A stretch of 59,441 nucleotides of DNA from a virus (taxonomy: Duplodnaviria; Caudoviricetes): the IMG/VR virus record IMGVR_UViG_3300032305_002284, positions 1 through 59,441 of that record; one strand, written 5' to 3'. The notes beneath the pieces are model-generated. The model saw only the letters and a list, made by a program, of their open reading frames with translations. It searched no databases and was not told where the DNA came from. The first letter of the stretch is position 1; every line of letters starts with the position of its first letter. Positions 16,209-26,901 of the stretch are shown one piece after another. A program made the translations under genes and the position numbers.

Positions 16209-16697
16209 ATGGACTTTTGGAAAGTATATAATATTGATGCAAGCAATTTCGATCGCTTCTTTGTAGGATCGGATAAGATTGCTAAGACTCTAAAGGCAAA
16301 TGCCGATTGGCTGGCCAATAATGTAAGTCAAACATTCCCCCCTTTCAATCTAAAAAAGACTGAAGATAACAAGTATGTTATTGAAATGGCTGTAGCTGGT
16401 TTTGCCAAGCAAGACATTGAGATTACGCTTGAAAATAATAAGCTTGTAATCAGGGGTAATGCCCAGGCTGATTCTGAACCAAAGGATAATTATTTGCATA
16501 TGGGAATTGCAGGTCGTGCATTTACACGTCAATTCACCCTTGCCGATAATGTCGTAATTCATAACGCACACCTAATGAATGGTATGCTTAAGGTTTGGCT
16601 CGAGAATATTATCCCAGAAGATAAGAAGCCAAAGAAGATTGAAATTGCGGATACACCTACTCCCGCTTCAGATACTAAAACATTCTTAAAGGAATAA
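16209..16697 (+). CDS. hsp20: Small heat-shock protein Hsp20/IbpA
   Basis: FPPFNL...IEMAVAGF...YLHMGIAGRAFTRQFTLAD...NGML...IPEDKKPKKIEI. Confidence 0.95.
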   Translation: MDFWKVYNIDASNFDRFFVGSDKIAKTLKANADWLANNVSQTFPPFNLKKTEDNKYVIEMAVAGFAKQDIEITLENNKLVIRGNAQADSEPKDNYLHMGIAGRAFTRQFTLADNVVIHNAHLMNGMLKVWLENIIPEDKKPKKIEIADTPTPASDTKTFLKE

Positions 16698-16700
16698 AAA

Positions 16701-16859
16701 ATGTTAAACGCCTATAACTGGTTTTGTGGTATTATGAATTTTTGGAGGGAAATGTCTGATCTTCAAAAAATGTCTGATCGTGATTTAAAGGATATTGGTC
16801 TAAATCGTACCGATGTCAATGCTATAGCTTGTGGAATGAAGCGAGTTAGAGGTGTGTAA
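16701..16859 (+). CDS. DUF1127 (YjiS-like) small protein
   Basis: DLQKMSDRDLKDIGLNRTDV. Confidence 0.75.
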   Translation: MLNAYNWFCGIMNFWREMSDLQKMSDRDLKDIGLNRTDVNAIACGMKRVRGV

Positions 16860-16864
16860 TAAAT

Positions 16865-16890
16865 AGGGAGACGAAAGTCTCCCTTTTTTT
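16865..16890 (+). terminator. Rho-independent terminator
   Basis: agggagac-gaaa-gtctccct followed by a T run. Confidence 0.85.
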
Positions 16891-16906
16891 ATGGAAAGTC
16901 CACAAA

Positions 16907-17527
16907 ATGAAGCCAGTAACTTCGGATCAATTGATAAGATTTTTTAATAGAACTGATAAAAGTATTGTGAATTCATATGTTGAACCTATGAATCGTACTC
17001 TTAATAGATATATTATTGACACACCTAGACGTATATCTATGTTTTTAGCTCAAATAAGTCATGAATCTGGTGGACTTACGGCAACCCAAGAAAATTTAAA
17101 TTATAGTGCAGATCGACTCCTTGTAGTATTTCCAAAATATTTCAAAGATGTTGATGTTAATTTTTATGCCAGAAATCCTGAAAAGATAGCAAATAAAGTA
17201 TATGCTAATAGAATGGGTAATGGATCTGAATCCAGTGGCGATGGTTATCGTTATCGTGGTCGTGGACTTATTCAACTTACCGGTAAAAATAATTATGAAC
17301 GATTTGCTAAGGGTATGATTATGCCTCTTGACAAAGCAGTTCAATATTTGACTACACCAGAAGGTGCGTGTATGTCTGCCGGTTGGTTCTGGGATACGAA
17401 TAATCTTAATATACTTGCAGATGATGGTGATCTTGTAGGTTGCACCAGAAAAATTAATGGTGGGACACACGGTTTGGAAGACCGCCAAAGTCAATACACA
17501 AAAGCACTAACTATATTTGGTGGTTGA
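16907..17527 (+). CDS. Glycoside hydrolase family 19 endolysin
   Basis: FLAQISHESGG...ENLNYS...YRGRGLIQLTGKNNY...SAGWFW...INGG. Confidence 0.92.
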   Translation: MKPVTSDQLIRFFNRTDKSIVNSYVEPMNRTLNRYIIDTPRRISMFLAQISHESGGLTATQENLNYSADRLLVVFPKYFKDVDVNFYARNPEKIANKVYANRMGNGSESSGDGYRYRGRGLIQLTGKNNYERFAKGMIMPLDKAVQYLTTPEGACMSAGWFWDTNNLNILADDGDLVGCTRKINGGTHGLEDRQSQYTKALTIFGG

Positions 17528-17576
17528 CATTCCTTGCTCCCTATGATAATATCAGAGGATATGAAGGAACTTTATA

Positions 17577-20087
17577 ATGGAATTCTATACTAATATTTTT
17601 ACACGCGGTGATAGGGTTTATTATCGCGGTTATAGAAATAATGCTCGTATTACCGAGATTGTAAATTATAAGCCATATCTCTTTATTTCATCTCGTAAAG
17701 ACAATAATACACAATATAAAACACTTGATGGAAAACCGGTTGATCGGATGAATTTTGATTCGATCACCGATGCCCGTGATTTCCTCAAGCAGTATAGTGA
17801 TGTTTCCAATATGGAAATTTATGGCTTTAACCAATTTGGATACATGTTTATTTATGATAAGTTTCGTGGTGAAATTAACTATGATACATCACTAATTAAT
17901 ATCATTTCACTTGATATTGAGACCGATTCATCGGGTGGATTTCCTGATATTGGTAAAGCCGATAAAGAAGTGACTGCCATCACCATCAGTAGAAAAGGTG
18001 AAAAGGTGGTATTTGGCATGTTTGATTATAAGCCAAAAGAAGACAATATCACTTATATTAAATGCAAAGATGAATGGCATCTACTAAATAATTTCCTTAG
18101 AGTTTGGCAGTCAGGTCGATTCTGTCCTGATGTGGTAACTGGATGGAATATTGAATTCTTTGATATTCCATATCTGGTCAATAGAATCAGAGGTGTTCTT
18201 GGTGAGCATGAAGCCAAGAAACTTTCACCATGGGGAATTCTTGATGAACGAACCGTGGAGATGCACGGCAATCAAAACCAAACATTCACACCAGCTGGAA
18301 TTAATGTTCTAGATTATTTGAGTCTTTACAAAAAGTTCAAGTTTGAGCAACAGGAATCTTATAAATTGGATTCGATTGCCGAGAAGGAACTTGGTGAAAA
18401 GAAGGTGGATTATCGTGCTGAGGGTTATACCTCACTTAATGATCTTTATGAACGTAACTTCGAATTGTTTATTGATTATAACATCCATGACGTTACACTA
18501 ATTGATAGACTTGAGGAAAAACTTAAGTTTATTGAACAAGTAGTTGCATTTGCATATGACGCAAAGGTGAACTATAGTGATACAATGACTACTGTTAAAC
18601 CATGGGATGTTATTATTCATAACTATCTTATGGATCATGCTATTGTGATCCCACAATTTAAGAAGGGAAAATTTGATGGCGGTCTTGTTGGTGGTCACGT
18701 AAAAGATGTAAAGGTCGGGCTGAATGAATGGGTGGTTTCATTTGACTTGAACAGTCTATACCCACATCTGATTATGCAATATAATATCAGCCCTGAAACC
18801 AAGGTTGGACGTGAACCATATTTCCCTAGTATTGATTCCATTTTAGATCAGTATGCTGTCATTGAAAATGATGGGCATGCATATACTGCAAATGGTGTAA
18901 AGTTCCATAAGAAAAAGCAGGGATTCCTACCTGCTCTAATGGAAAAGATGTATAATGATCGCACCGAATATAAAAAGCGTATGATTGATGCCAAGAAACT
19001 ACTTGAGGATACACCAAAGAATAAAGTCGAGGAACGACGTTTAATTGCTAATGATATTGCAAAATATCATAATCTACAACTTGCTAAAAAAATTCAACTT
19101 AACTCAGCTTACGGTGCTCTTGGTAATGAATATTTCCGTTGGTTTGACTTTGATCTTGCCGAGGCTATTACCATGTCTGGTCAGTTGTCAATTCGCTGGA
19201 TTGAACGAGACTTCAACGAGTATCTAAATAAAATGTTAAAGACAACCAAAGTTGACTATATTGTAGCCAGTGATACCGACTCGATTTATGTAAATATGAA
19301 ACCATTGGTTGATATGTTGGGTATTACCGATCGTGATAAAATAGTTGAGGCGGTTCACCAATTCTGTGAAACCAAGATCCAAAATATGATTAATAAGTCA
19401 TATAAAAATCTTGCAGATTACATGTATGCTTATCAACAAAAGATGTTCATGAAGCGCGAAACAATTGCTAATAAGGCAATTTGGAAAGCTAAAAAGATGT
19501 ACATCTTGAATGCCCTTGATATCGAAGGTGTTCGCTTTAGTGAACCACAATTAAAAATTCAAGGTATTGAGGCGGTTCGGTCATCAACACCTAAGGCATG
19601 CCGAACAAGTATTAAGGAAGCAATTAAGATTATCATGAATAAGGATGAACCATCACTTCATGAATATATTGCAAACTTTAAAACTAACTTTATGAATATG
19701 CCTTTTGAAGATATCGCATTCCCCCGAGGAATGAAAGGTCTTGATGTTTATAAAGATAATAAGACCATATATTCAAAAGGCACTCCAATCCATGTTCGTG
19801 GTGCCCTTCTTTATAATAACTTTATTAGTAAAAATGGAATGGGTGATGACCTTAAACTGATTGGTAATGGTGATAAAATTAAATTTGCATATCTTAAGTT
19901 ACCAAATCATCTTCATGAAAATGTCATTTCAGTACCTGATGAATTACCCAAGGAATTAGGATTGGATAAGTATATTGACTATGACATTCAGCTACAGAAA
20001 AGTTTTATTGAACCAATCAAATCCATTCTAGAGACAATTGGATGGGAAGTAGAAAAAACAAGCACGCTTGAAAGTTTCTTTAATTAA
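17577..20087 (+). CDS. gp43: Family B DNA polymerase
   Basis: DIET exonuclease motif, SFDLNSLYP, KIQLNSAYG, DTDS. Confidence 0.98.
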   Translation: MEFYTNIFTRGDRVYYRGYRNNARITEIVNYKPYLFISSRKDNNTQYKTLDGKPVDRMNFDSITDARDFLKQYSDVSNMEIYGFNQFGYMFIYDKFRGEINYDTSLINIISLDIETDSSGGFPDIGKADKEVTAITISRKGEKVVFGMFDYKPKEDNITYIKCKDEWHLLNNFLRVWQSGRFCPDVVTGWNIEFFDIPYLVNRIRGVLGEHEAKKLSPWGILDERTVEMHGNQNQTFTPAGINVLDYLSLYKKFKFEQQESYKLDSIAEKELGEKKVDYRAEGYTSLNDLYERNFELFIDYNIHDVTLIDRLEEKLKFIEQVVAFAYDAKVNYSDTMTTVKPWDVIIHNYLMDHAIVIPQFKKGKFDGGLVGGHVKDVKVGLNEWVVSFDLNSLYPHLIMQYNISPETKVGREPYFPSIDSILDQYAVIENDGHAYTANGVKFHKKKQGFLPALMEKMYNDRTEYKKRMIDAKKLLEDTPKNKVEERRLIANDIAKYHNLQLAKKIQLNSAYGALGNEYFRWFDFDLAEAITMSGQLSIRWIERDFNEYLNKMLKTTKVDYIVASDTDSIYVNMKPLVDMLGITDRDKIVEAVHQFCETKIQNMINKSYKNLADYMYAYQQKMFMKRETIANKAIWKAKKMYILNALDIEGVRFSEPQLKIQGIEAVRSSTPKACRTSIKEAIKIIMNKDEPSLHEYIANFKTNFMNMPFEDIAFPRGMKGLDVYKDNKTIYSKGTPIHVRGALLYNNFISKNGMGDDLKLIGNGDKIKFAYLKLPNHLHENVISVPDELPKELGLDKYIDYDIQLQKSFIEPIKSILETIGWEVEKTSTLESFFN

Positions 20088-20100
20088 AAAGGAAATAAAG

Positions 20101-20391
20101 ATGTCATGGGATGATGTAGGACCAAACCATTGTAATATGGATGGAACACCGATACAAAGGAGTATAAAAATGAAAAATGATGATAATGATTTTGGCTTTA
20201 CTTTTATGGATGAAGAAAGTTTTATAAAGTCTGATAATAGTAAATTGCTTGAACTTAGAGCAATGATTATGCCGCTTCTTAATAATCTTAAGAAGAACCC
20301 TGATAAAGATATTATTCAATGGCCAGGCAAAGATCGTGTAAAAAAAATAGATTCTTTCATTGAAATAATGGATAAGCTTATTAACCGATAA
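20101..20391 (+). CDS. Hypothetical protein
   Basis: DFGF...IMPLLNNLKKNPDKDIIQWP. Confidence 0.6.
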   Translation: MSWDDVGPNHCNMDGTPIQRSIKMKNDDNDFGFTFMDEESFIKSDNSKLLELRAMIMPLLNNLKKNPDKDIIQWPGKDRVKKIDSFIEIMDKLINR

Positions 20392-20408
20392 TTTAAAGAG
20401 GTATTATA

Positions 20409-21458
20409 ATGTCACTAAAAGATCGACTGATTAAGAATAGTACTATTGATTATACAGCTACTTTGACGGACTCAAAGATCTATGGCAAGAAGGATATGAT
20501 TCCGACTCGAGTGCCAATGATTAACGTAGCACTTTCAGGTAGTATTGATGGCGGCTTGACCCCAGGCCTCACAGTGCTTGCCGCTCCATCCAAGCACTTC
20601 AAGACCGCATTTAGTCTTTTGATGGCTGCAGCATTTCTTAAATCAAACCCAGAAGGTATTATTCTATTTTATGACTCTGAATTCGGTACTCCAGAATCAT
20701 ATTTTACTTCGTTTGGTGTTCCACTTGACTCGGTAGTACATACACCCATCACCGATATTGAACAACTTAAGTTTGATATAATGCAACAGCTTCAGGAACT
20801 TAAGCGTGATGATAAAGTCATGATTGTTATTGATTCTGTTGGTAATCTTGCTTCAAAGAAAGAAGTTGAAGATGCACTAAAGGGTAGTTCGGCTGCAGAT
20901 ATGTCAAGAGCAAAGCAACTTAAGTCATTGTTCCGCATGGTAACACCTCACTTGACTCTAAAAGATATTCCGATGGTTGTCGTAAACCATGTTTACATGA
21001 CACAGGAAATGTATTCCAAGGCAGTTGTCAGTGGTGGTACTGGGATTTATTATTCAGCAGATAATATTTGGATCATTGGTCGTCAACAAGATAAGGATGA
21101 TAAGGAACTACTTGGTTATCATTTTGTTATCAATATTGAAAAGTCACGTTACGTCAAGGAAAAGTCTAAGATTCCTATTACTGTAGGGTTTGATTCAGGC
21201 ATTAATAAGTGGTCTGGTCTACTGGATTTGGCACTCGAAGGTAAGTATATTGTAAAACCAAAGCAAGGTTGGTATGCTCGAGTCGATCAAGAGACCGGTG
21301 AAATTTCCGGAAAGAATTATAGGGCCGCAGATATTGTTGATAATGGTGACTTCTGGAAGACTATTCTTAGTGAAACTAATTTTGCGGAATGGATTAAAAA
21401 TAAGTATGCATTGAGCAGTGGTGAAATTATGAAGAAAGATGAAGATGATGATGTATAG
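20409..21458 (+). CDS. uvsX: RecA-like recombinase
   Basis: AAPSKHFKT, FYDSEFG, IDSVGNLASKKE. Confidence 0.96.
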   Translation: MSLKDRLIKNSTIDYTATLTDSKIYGKKDMIPTRVPMINVALSGSIDGGLTPGLTVLAAPSKHFKTAFSLLMAAAFLKSNPEGIILFYDSEFGTPESYFTSFGVPLDSVVHTPITDIEQLKFDIMQQLQELKRDDKVMIVIDSVGNLASKKEVEDALKGSSAADMSRAKQLKSLFRMVTPHLTLKDIPMVVVNHVYMTQEMYSKAVVSGGTGIYYSADNIWIIGRQQDKDDKELLGYHFVINIEKSRYVKEKSKIPITVGFDSGINKWSGLLDLALEGKYIVKPKQGWYARVDQETGEISGKNYRAADIVDNGDFWKTILSETNFAEWIKNKYALSSGEIMKKDEDDDV

Positions 21459-21660
21459 AATAGTATTGACCGAATATCATAGTGATGATAAAACGCTTAA
21501 AGCCGTAATACAAAAAGATAATAGTGATTATGGTTATTATGTTGACTTATATCGAAATGGTGATATAGTCAAGACTTGCGATGTTGTAAATCATTCCCTT
21601 CGATATGCCGAAGATTTGGCTTTAAATTATGTTGAAGGTATATTAAAAATTAATTCTTAG
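21451..21660 (+). CDS. Hypothetical protein
   Basis: ORF between uvsX and gp41. Confidence 0.55.
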   Translation: MYRIVLTEYHSDDKTLKAVIQKDNSDYGYYVDLYRNGDIVKTCDVVNHSLRYAEDLALNYVEGILKINS

Positions 21661-21668
21661 GAGACTAC

Positions 21669-23072
21669 ATGGACTTCGAAAAGGTAATCTTTGGAAATCT
21701 TCTTGCAAGGGAGGAATATGGCCGAAAGGTCATTCCTTTCCTCAAGACTGATTATTTTCATGATGCTGCAGATCGTACTATATTTGAACTTATTGAGGCT
21801 TATACGCTAAAATATAACAGGTTTCCTACTAAGGAAACTCTTTCGATTGATTTAAAAAATAAAACTGGACTAAATGGCGGTATATTTGAATCGTGTAATG
21901 AAACCATTGGTGAACTAACACATGATGACAATACAGAACTTGATTGGCTTGTTGAGAGAACCGAAAAGTTCTGCCAAGAAAAAGCAATCTATAATGCTAT
22001 TATGCAATCAATTCAAATCATCGATGATAAAGATACAAAGAATGACAAGGGTTCCATTCCAGCAATTCTAAGTGATGCTCTATCTGTAAACTTTGATACC
22101 AATATTGGTCATAACTTCCTCGAGGATATTGAATCTCGTTTTGAATTCTATCATCGTAAGGAATTCCGGATTCCGTTTAACTTGGAATACTTCAATGAAA
22201 TCACAAAAGGTGGTTTGCCTAGGAAGACTCTGAATATTATTCTGGCAGGTACTGGTGTCGGCAAGTCACTATTCATGTGTCATTGTGCTGCCGGTAATCT
22301 ACTTGATGGTAAGAATGTTCTTTATATTACAATGGAAATGGCCGAGGAAAAGATTGCCGAACGTATCGATGCCAATCTTCTTGATGTGACTATTGATGAT
22401 CTTAGTATCATGCCTAAGGAGACATTTTTCAAGAAATTGGAACGGGTTAAGACCAAGACTACCGGCCGACTTATTATTAAGGAATATCCAACCTCGGGTG
22501 CGGGTTCTGCCAATTTTAGGCACTTAATTAATGAATTGAAGCTCAAGAAGAACTTCATGCCTGATATTATCTATATCGACTATCTGAATATTTGTGCATC
22601 AAGTAGAGTAAAGTACTCTGCTAATATGAATAGTTATACCTATATCAAGGCCATTGCAGAGGAACTTCGTGGTCTTGCAGTTGAATTTAATCTCCCGATT
22701 GTTTCTGCTACACAGACAACCAGAAGTGGCTTTAATAATAGTGATGTCGAGTTAAGTGATACCTCGGAATCATTTGCTCTACCTGCTACAGCCGACTTGA
22801 TGTTTGCCTTGACCACATCCGAGGAACTTGAGAGTCTGGGACAAATAATGGTCAAACAATTGAAAAATCGTTATAATGATCTAGCAAAGAACAAACGGTT
22901 TGTCGTCGGTGTTGACAGAGCAAAGATGAAACTATATGATGTCGACCAATCAGCCCAGGATGGAATTCAGGATGATAAACCATTAATGGATAAAACTGAA
23001 TTTGGCGAACGTGACTCTGATTTCTTTAAAAAGAGATCAAAGTTTGGTAAAAGTTTTGATGGATTTGCATAA
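21669..23072 (+). CDS. gp41: Replicative helicase
   Basis: AGTGVGKS, ITMEMAEE, IDYLNI, SATQTTR, QLKNRY. Confidence 0.97.
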   Translation: MDFEKVIFGNLLAREEYGRKVIPFLKTDYFHDAADRTIFELIEAYTLKYNRFPTKETLSIDLKNKTGLNGGIFESCNETIGELTHDDNTELDWLVERTEKFCQEKAIYNAIMQSIQIIDDKDTKNDKGSIPAILSDALSVNFDTNIGHNFLEDIESRFEFYHRKEFRIPFNLEYFNEITKGGLPRKTLNIILAGTGVGKSLFMCHCAAGNLLDGKNVLYITMEMAEEKIAERIDANLLDVTIDDLSIMPKETFFKKLERVKTKTTGRLIIKEYPTSGAGSANFRHLINELKLKKNFMPDIIYIDYLNICASSRVKYSANMNSYTYIKAIAEELRGLAVEFNLPIVSATQTTRSGFNNSDVELSDTSESFALPATADLMFALTTSEELESLGQIMVKQLKNRYNDLAKNKRFVVGVDRAKMKLYDVDQSAQDGIQDDKPLMDKTEFGERDSDFFKKRSKFGKSFDGFA

Positions 23073-23124
23073 AAATATTTTTTTTATTTTTTTTCTAAAA
23101 TCGTGATCTTGAGTATAAATAATA

Positions 23125-23275
23125 TCACTGAAGCGGCATTAGTTTGGCTTTTGTCAAGCAAGTGGCACAGTGACTAACAGAGAAGGAATAGCTAGGAATA
23201 ACGGTGGGGTTCCGCCTAGCAATGCCGCATTTGCTATTCAAAAGGGTTGAGTCCGAAAGGCTCAACCCTTTTTTA
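23125..23275 (+). ncRNA. Candidate late-expressed structured ncRNA with its own terminator
   Basis: TATAAATA at 23114; gcggcatt/aatgccgc and gctagg/cctagc stems; terminator 23240-23275. Confidence 0.55.
23240..23275 (+). terminator. Rho-independent terminator
   Basis: aagggttgagtc-cgaaa-ggctcaaccctt followed by a T run. Confidence 0.85.
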
Positions 23276-23320
23276 TTATAAATAGATCAAATATTCATCC
23301 ATCTCTAGGGATTTGATCAT

Positions 23321-24463
23321 ATGGATTCGTTCAAGCATTATATAACCGAAGTTGCTTTACAAGCTTCCGGTCGTGAAGCCGCTAGACATACAGCAAAATA
23401 TATTACTCCATATATTGGCAAAGAAGGTACTCATACTATTGCATCAAAAGCACCAGGTTTAAATATAGGTGATAGTGTAACCATACATTCACATCACGTG
23501 GATGATCAAGGTACTCATCATATAGTGGTATCAAAACCTGGGTCATCCGAAAAAATTACCATTCCTACTTCAAAAGTTCATAAGGTAGGAACAAAGACTG
23601 AAAATAAAGGTCACCAAACTGAAAAAGATTTTTTTGAAAGAATGCAAAAAAGAGGTCTAACACCCGAAGGTGCCACACCTGCTGGATCGACCGCAGGTTC
23701 AGATGTTCCGGTTGTTGATAAAAGACAAAATACAACACATCTTGGTAGAGATATTACAAGTCAAGCAAATGAACTCAATGGTGAAGTAAAAAAAGATACT
23801 AGTGCTGCTTTCGGACAAATAACAATTGAACATAATCCCGAAAAAGGTGGGTGGCATATTCCAGATAGAGCAAGAAAATTAAGACCGGAATATGCGGATG
23901 CAATTGAAAAAGCCGGTCTCATAGAACATGCAAATAAAAATATACCAGAACCCCATAAAGCTATCACCACAGCAAGTGGAAGAGCACAAAATATTACAGT
24001 TCCACACCCAGATTTACAACCAGCAGAAGCTTATTTAAAAGATCACGATGTAGATTTTCTACATATAGGCAGTCACGGCACTTTTAGAGTTGGTGAAAAT
24101 GATGCGACCGGTCATGGATTACCACGTCTCACAGGTAAAGGTCTTTGGACTATTCGTCAAAAAACATCAGATCCTCGTAAAAGAACAATTCAGTTTCAAC
24201 CGCACGGTAGTAGAGGATTACATAAAAGTCATGTAAATCTTGATAATGATGATCATCTTGATGAATTTGCAAAAACTTTGGGACACGGTGATGCTCCTGC
24301 TCCTGGCGTTACAAATAAATCACCGGTACCGGTACCATCAGCAAAATCTGAACCAAAGATTGAACCAAAGGCCGCAGCAGTAAATTCAATATTACAAAAT
24401 CGACAAAGAGTACGTAAACCAATACTTGGTAAAAATACAATGGTGAGAAAAGGTTTACGATAA
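23321..24463 (+). CDS. His-rich hypothetical protein, probable internal virion protein
   Basis: TATAAATA at 23277; N-terminus MDSFKHYITE. Confidence 0.6.
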   Translation: MDSFKHYITEVALQASGREAARHTAKYITPYIGKEGTHTIASKAPGLNIGDSVTIHSHHVDDQGTHHIVVSKPGSSEKITIPTSKVHKVGTKTENKGHQTEKDFFERMQKRGLTPEGATPAGSTAGSDVPVVDKRQNTTHLGRDITSQANELNGEVKKDTSAAFGQITIEHNPEKGGWHIPDRARKLRPEYADAIEKAGLIEHANKNIPEPHKAITTASGRAQNITVPHPDLQPAEAYLKDHDVDFLHIGSHGTFRVGENDATGHGLPRLTGKGLWTIRQKTSDPRKRTIQFQPHGSRGLHKSHVNLDNDDHLDEFAKTLGHGDAPAPGVTNKSPVPVPSAKSEPKIEPKAAAVNSILQNRQRVRKPILGKNTMVRKGLR

Positions 24464-26343
24464 TGCTTAATTTTGTAAATTATCTCCACGAAGAAGCGGA
24501 TAATCAAGGTAAACATTTAAAACATCTTACACATGTAGAAGATTATGCTATTCATCACGGTCATGAAGGTATTTCACAAGCAACTGAAGCACTAAATGCA
24601 CTTCATAATCATCTTCTTGGTAAAAAATCTAATCATGCTTTTTCAGATAAAGCAGACGGTGCACCATCTATAGTTTATGGTAATCATCCCCAAACTGGTC
24701 AATTCTTTGTTGCATCAAAGTCCGCATTTAATAAAAACCCAAAGATTAATTATACAGAACAAGATATTGATAAGAATCATGGTCATGCACCCGGTCTTGC
24801 ACTTAAATTAAAAGAAGCATTAAAACATTTATCAAAAACCATGCCGGAATCCGGTGGTGTATATCAAGGTGATTTGATGTATGGCAAAGGTGATGTAAGT
24901 ACAAAGGATGGTCATCACCATTTTACTCCAAATCTACTTACATATTCTGTTGATAAGAACAGTTCTGAAGGCCATAAAGTCAAAAATTCAAAACTCGGTA
25001 TTGTAACGCATACAGTATATAAAGGCAAAAGCGGCCTTGAAAATATGGTCGCCGAACCTTTATCTGCAAAGGAAAGAAAAACTTTCACCGAGCACCCAGA
25101 CGTAAATAATATTGATCCATCACAAACTTTTGGTAAAGTAAATCCAAGAAATTATACTGGTGAAGAACAAGCAAAATTTCATATGCATATGGAAAATGCT
25201 AGAAAAGCTTATTCCAAAGCAGCACCAGAAATGTATGACTCAATAAAAGGTCACGAGGCAACATTAGAACAACATATTAATGATCAAGTCCGAAAAGGTG
25301 GTGCACCTTCTGTTGAAGGCTATACAAAATTTTTGACAGATAAAGCACAAAAAGAAATTGATAGTGTAAAGACAGAAAAGTCCAAACAACAAAAACACCA
25401 AACATTAGCAAATAAACTTAAACATATTTCAGATAATAGAAAACATTTTGAAAATTTATTAAAAATCCACGGTCATTTACAAAATGCAAAGAATGTTTTG
25501 CTTGGTGTTCATGATAAAAATGGTCAAACTGAACGAAATCCTTTAGGTAAAACTTCTATTGGTGGTAATCCAACTGCTGGTGAAGGTATTGTTGGTACCA
25601 GTAAAGAAAGCAATATGTTTAAATTTGTGAATAGAGGTGCGGGTGGATTTGCACAACATAATCTGAGTGGTGGTAGATTCCAAAAAGTTACAGAGGAACA
25701 AGAAAAACATCATGTACTTACATTTGGGCGGTTAAATCCACCAACAATTGGTCATGAAAAATTGGTTAATCATGTACAAGAACTTGCAAAAAAACTAAAT
25801 GCAAGTCATACAATTGTAATGTCAGGTTCACAGGATAGTAAAAAAAATCCATTAACACCTGAACAAAAATTAAAACATGCTAAAAGAGCATTTCCAACGG
25901 CAAACTTAAAAATGGCCACTGCGGAACATCCAACTCTATTACATCATTTGTCTAACCTACATGATCAAGGTGTGACTCATCCAACAATTGTAGTTGGTCA
26001 AGATAGAGTTGAAGAATTTAAAAAACTAACCGGAAAATACAATGGTGTTTCTGCTGGGCATGGTCATTATAATTTTAAACATATAAACATACAATCTGCA
26101 GGTCAACGAGATCCTGATGCCGAAGGCGCTGAAGGTATGTCTGCTTCAAAAATGAGAGACCTTGCACAAAAAGGTGATAAAGAAGGTTTTGCTAAAGGTG
26201 CACCATCTGCTATGAAACCAGAACATGTTGAAGAAATGAGACATGATATAGTAAATGGAATGAAGGCAAAGTCAAAATCGGTGAAAGAGGGTGTTACTTA
26301 TACTGTTTTGCGTATCATCAAAGAATCATTGAATTATAAATAA
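24463..26343 (+). CDS. Two-domain protein: conserved phage domain + cytidylyltransferase-like domain
   Basis: HLTHVED...K.DGAPSI; TFGRLNPPTIGHEKL...KKNPL...VVGQDRV...SAGQRDPD...MSASKMR. Confidence 0.75.
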   Translation: MLNFVNYLHEEADNQGKHLKHLTHVEDYAIHHGHEGISQATEALNALHNHLLGKKSNHAFSDKADGAPSIVYGNHPQTGQFFVASKSAFNKNPKINYTEQDIDKNHGHAPGLALKLKEALKHLSKTMPESGGVYQGDLMYGKGDVSTKDGHHHFTPNLLTYSVDKNSSEGHKVKNSKLGIVTHTVYKGKSGLENMVAEPLSAKERKTFTEHPDVNNIDPSQTFGKVNPRNYTGEEQAKFHMHMENARKAYSKAAPEMYDSIKGHEATLEQHINDQVRKGGAPSVEGYTKFLTDKAQKEIDSVKTEKSKQQKHQTLANKLKHISDNRKHFENLLKIHGHLQNAKNVLLGVHDKNGQTERNPLGKTSIGGNPTAGEGIVGTSKESNMFKFVNRGAGGFAQHNLSGGRFQKVTEEQEKHHVLTFGRLNPPTIGHEKLVNHVQELAKKLNASHTIVMSGSQDSKKNPLTPEQKLKHAKRAFPTANLKMATAEHPTLLHHLSNLHDQGVTHPTIVVGQDRVEEFKKLTGKYNGVSAGHGHYNFKHINIQSAGQRDPDAEGAEGMSASKMRDLAQKGDKEGFAKGAPSAMKPEHVEEMRHDIVNGMKAKSKSVKEGVTYTVLRIIKESLNYK

Positions 26344-26364
26344 TAAAAAAATAAGAGGTGTATT

Positions 26365-26901
26365 ATGGATTTGAAAGAAAAACGAGGCCTTTGGGATAAT
26401 ATTCACGCAAAGCGTAAACGAATTGCTGCAGGTTCGGGTGAGCGCATGCGTAAGCCTGGATCAAAAGGTGCTCCAACTGCTGATGCTTTAAAAGCCGCCC
26501 AAGAGTCTTGTACAACTGAACCGCAATCAACAAATAAAAATGATTCCAGTTCTAGATTTTATGGTACAGATTCTGCAACAAACATTTATAAAAGTGATAC
26601 ACCGGGTCAAGGTAAAACAACTAAACAAATAGTAAAACAAGCAGTGCGTGAAGCTACATATCAAGGTAAAACAGTGCCTCTTAATAAACCAATGAAAGGT
26701 GATATTAAGAAGTCAAAAGTATATGTGGATCCTGACGGTGATGGTAAAGCACAAAAAGTTAATTTTGGCGATAAAAATTTGAGTATTAAAAAGAATATCC
26801 CTGCTCGTAAACGCTCATATTGTGCTCGTTCAAGTGGTCAAGGTAATTTAACTAATAAAGCAAGCGCAAATTACTGGTCACGTAGAGCATGGGATTGTTA
26901 A
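26365..26901 (+). CDS. Conserved T4-like hypothetical protein
   Basis: GLWDNIHAKRKRI...MRKPGSKGAP; KVNFGD...ARKRSYCAR...ANYWS; TATAAATA at 26335. Confidence 0.7.
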   Translation: MDLKEKRGLWDNIHAKRKRIAAGSGERMRKPGSKGAPTADALKAAQESCTTEPQSTNKNDSSSRFYGTDSATNIYKSDTPGQGKTTKQIVKQAVREATYQGKTVPLNKPMKGDIKKSKVYVDPDGDGKAQKVNFGDKNLSIKKNIPARKRSYCARSSGQGNLTNKASANYWSRRAWDC

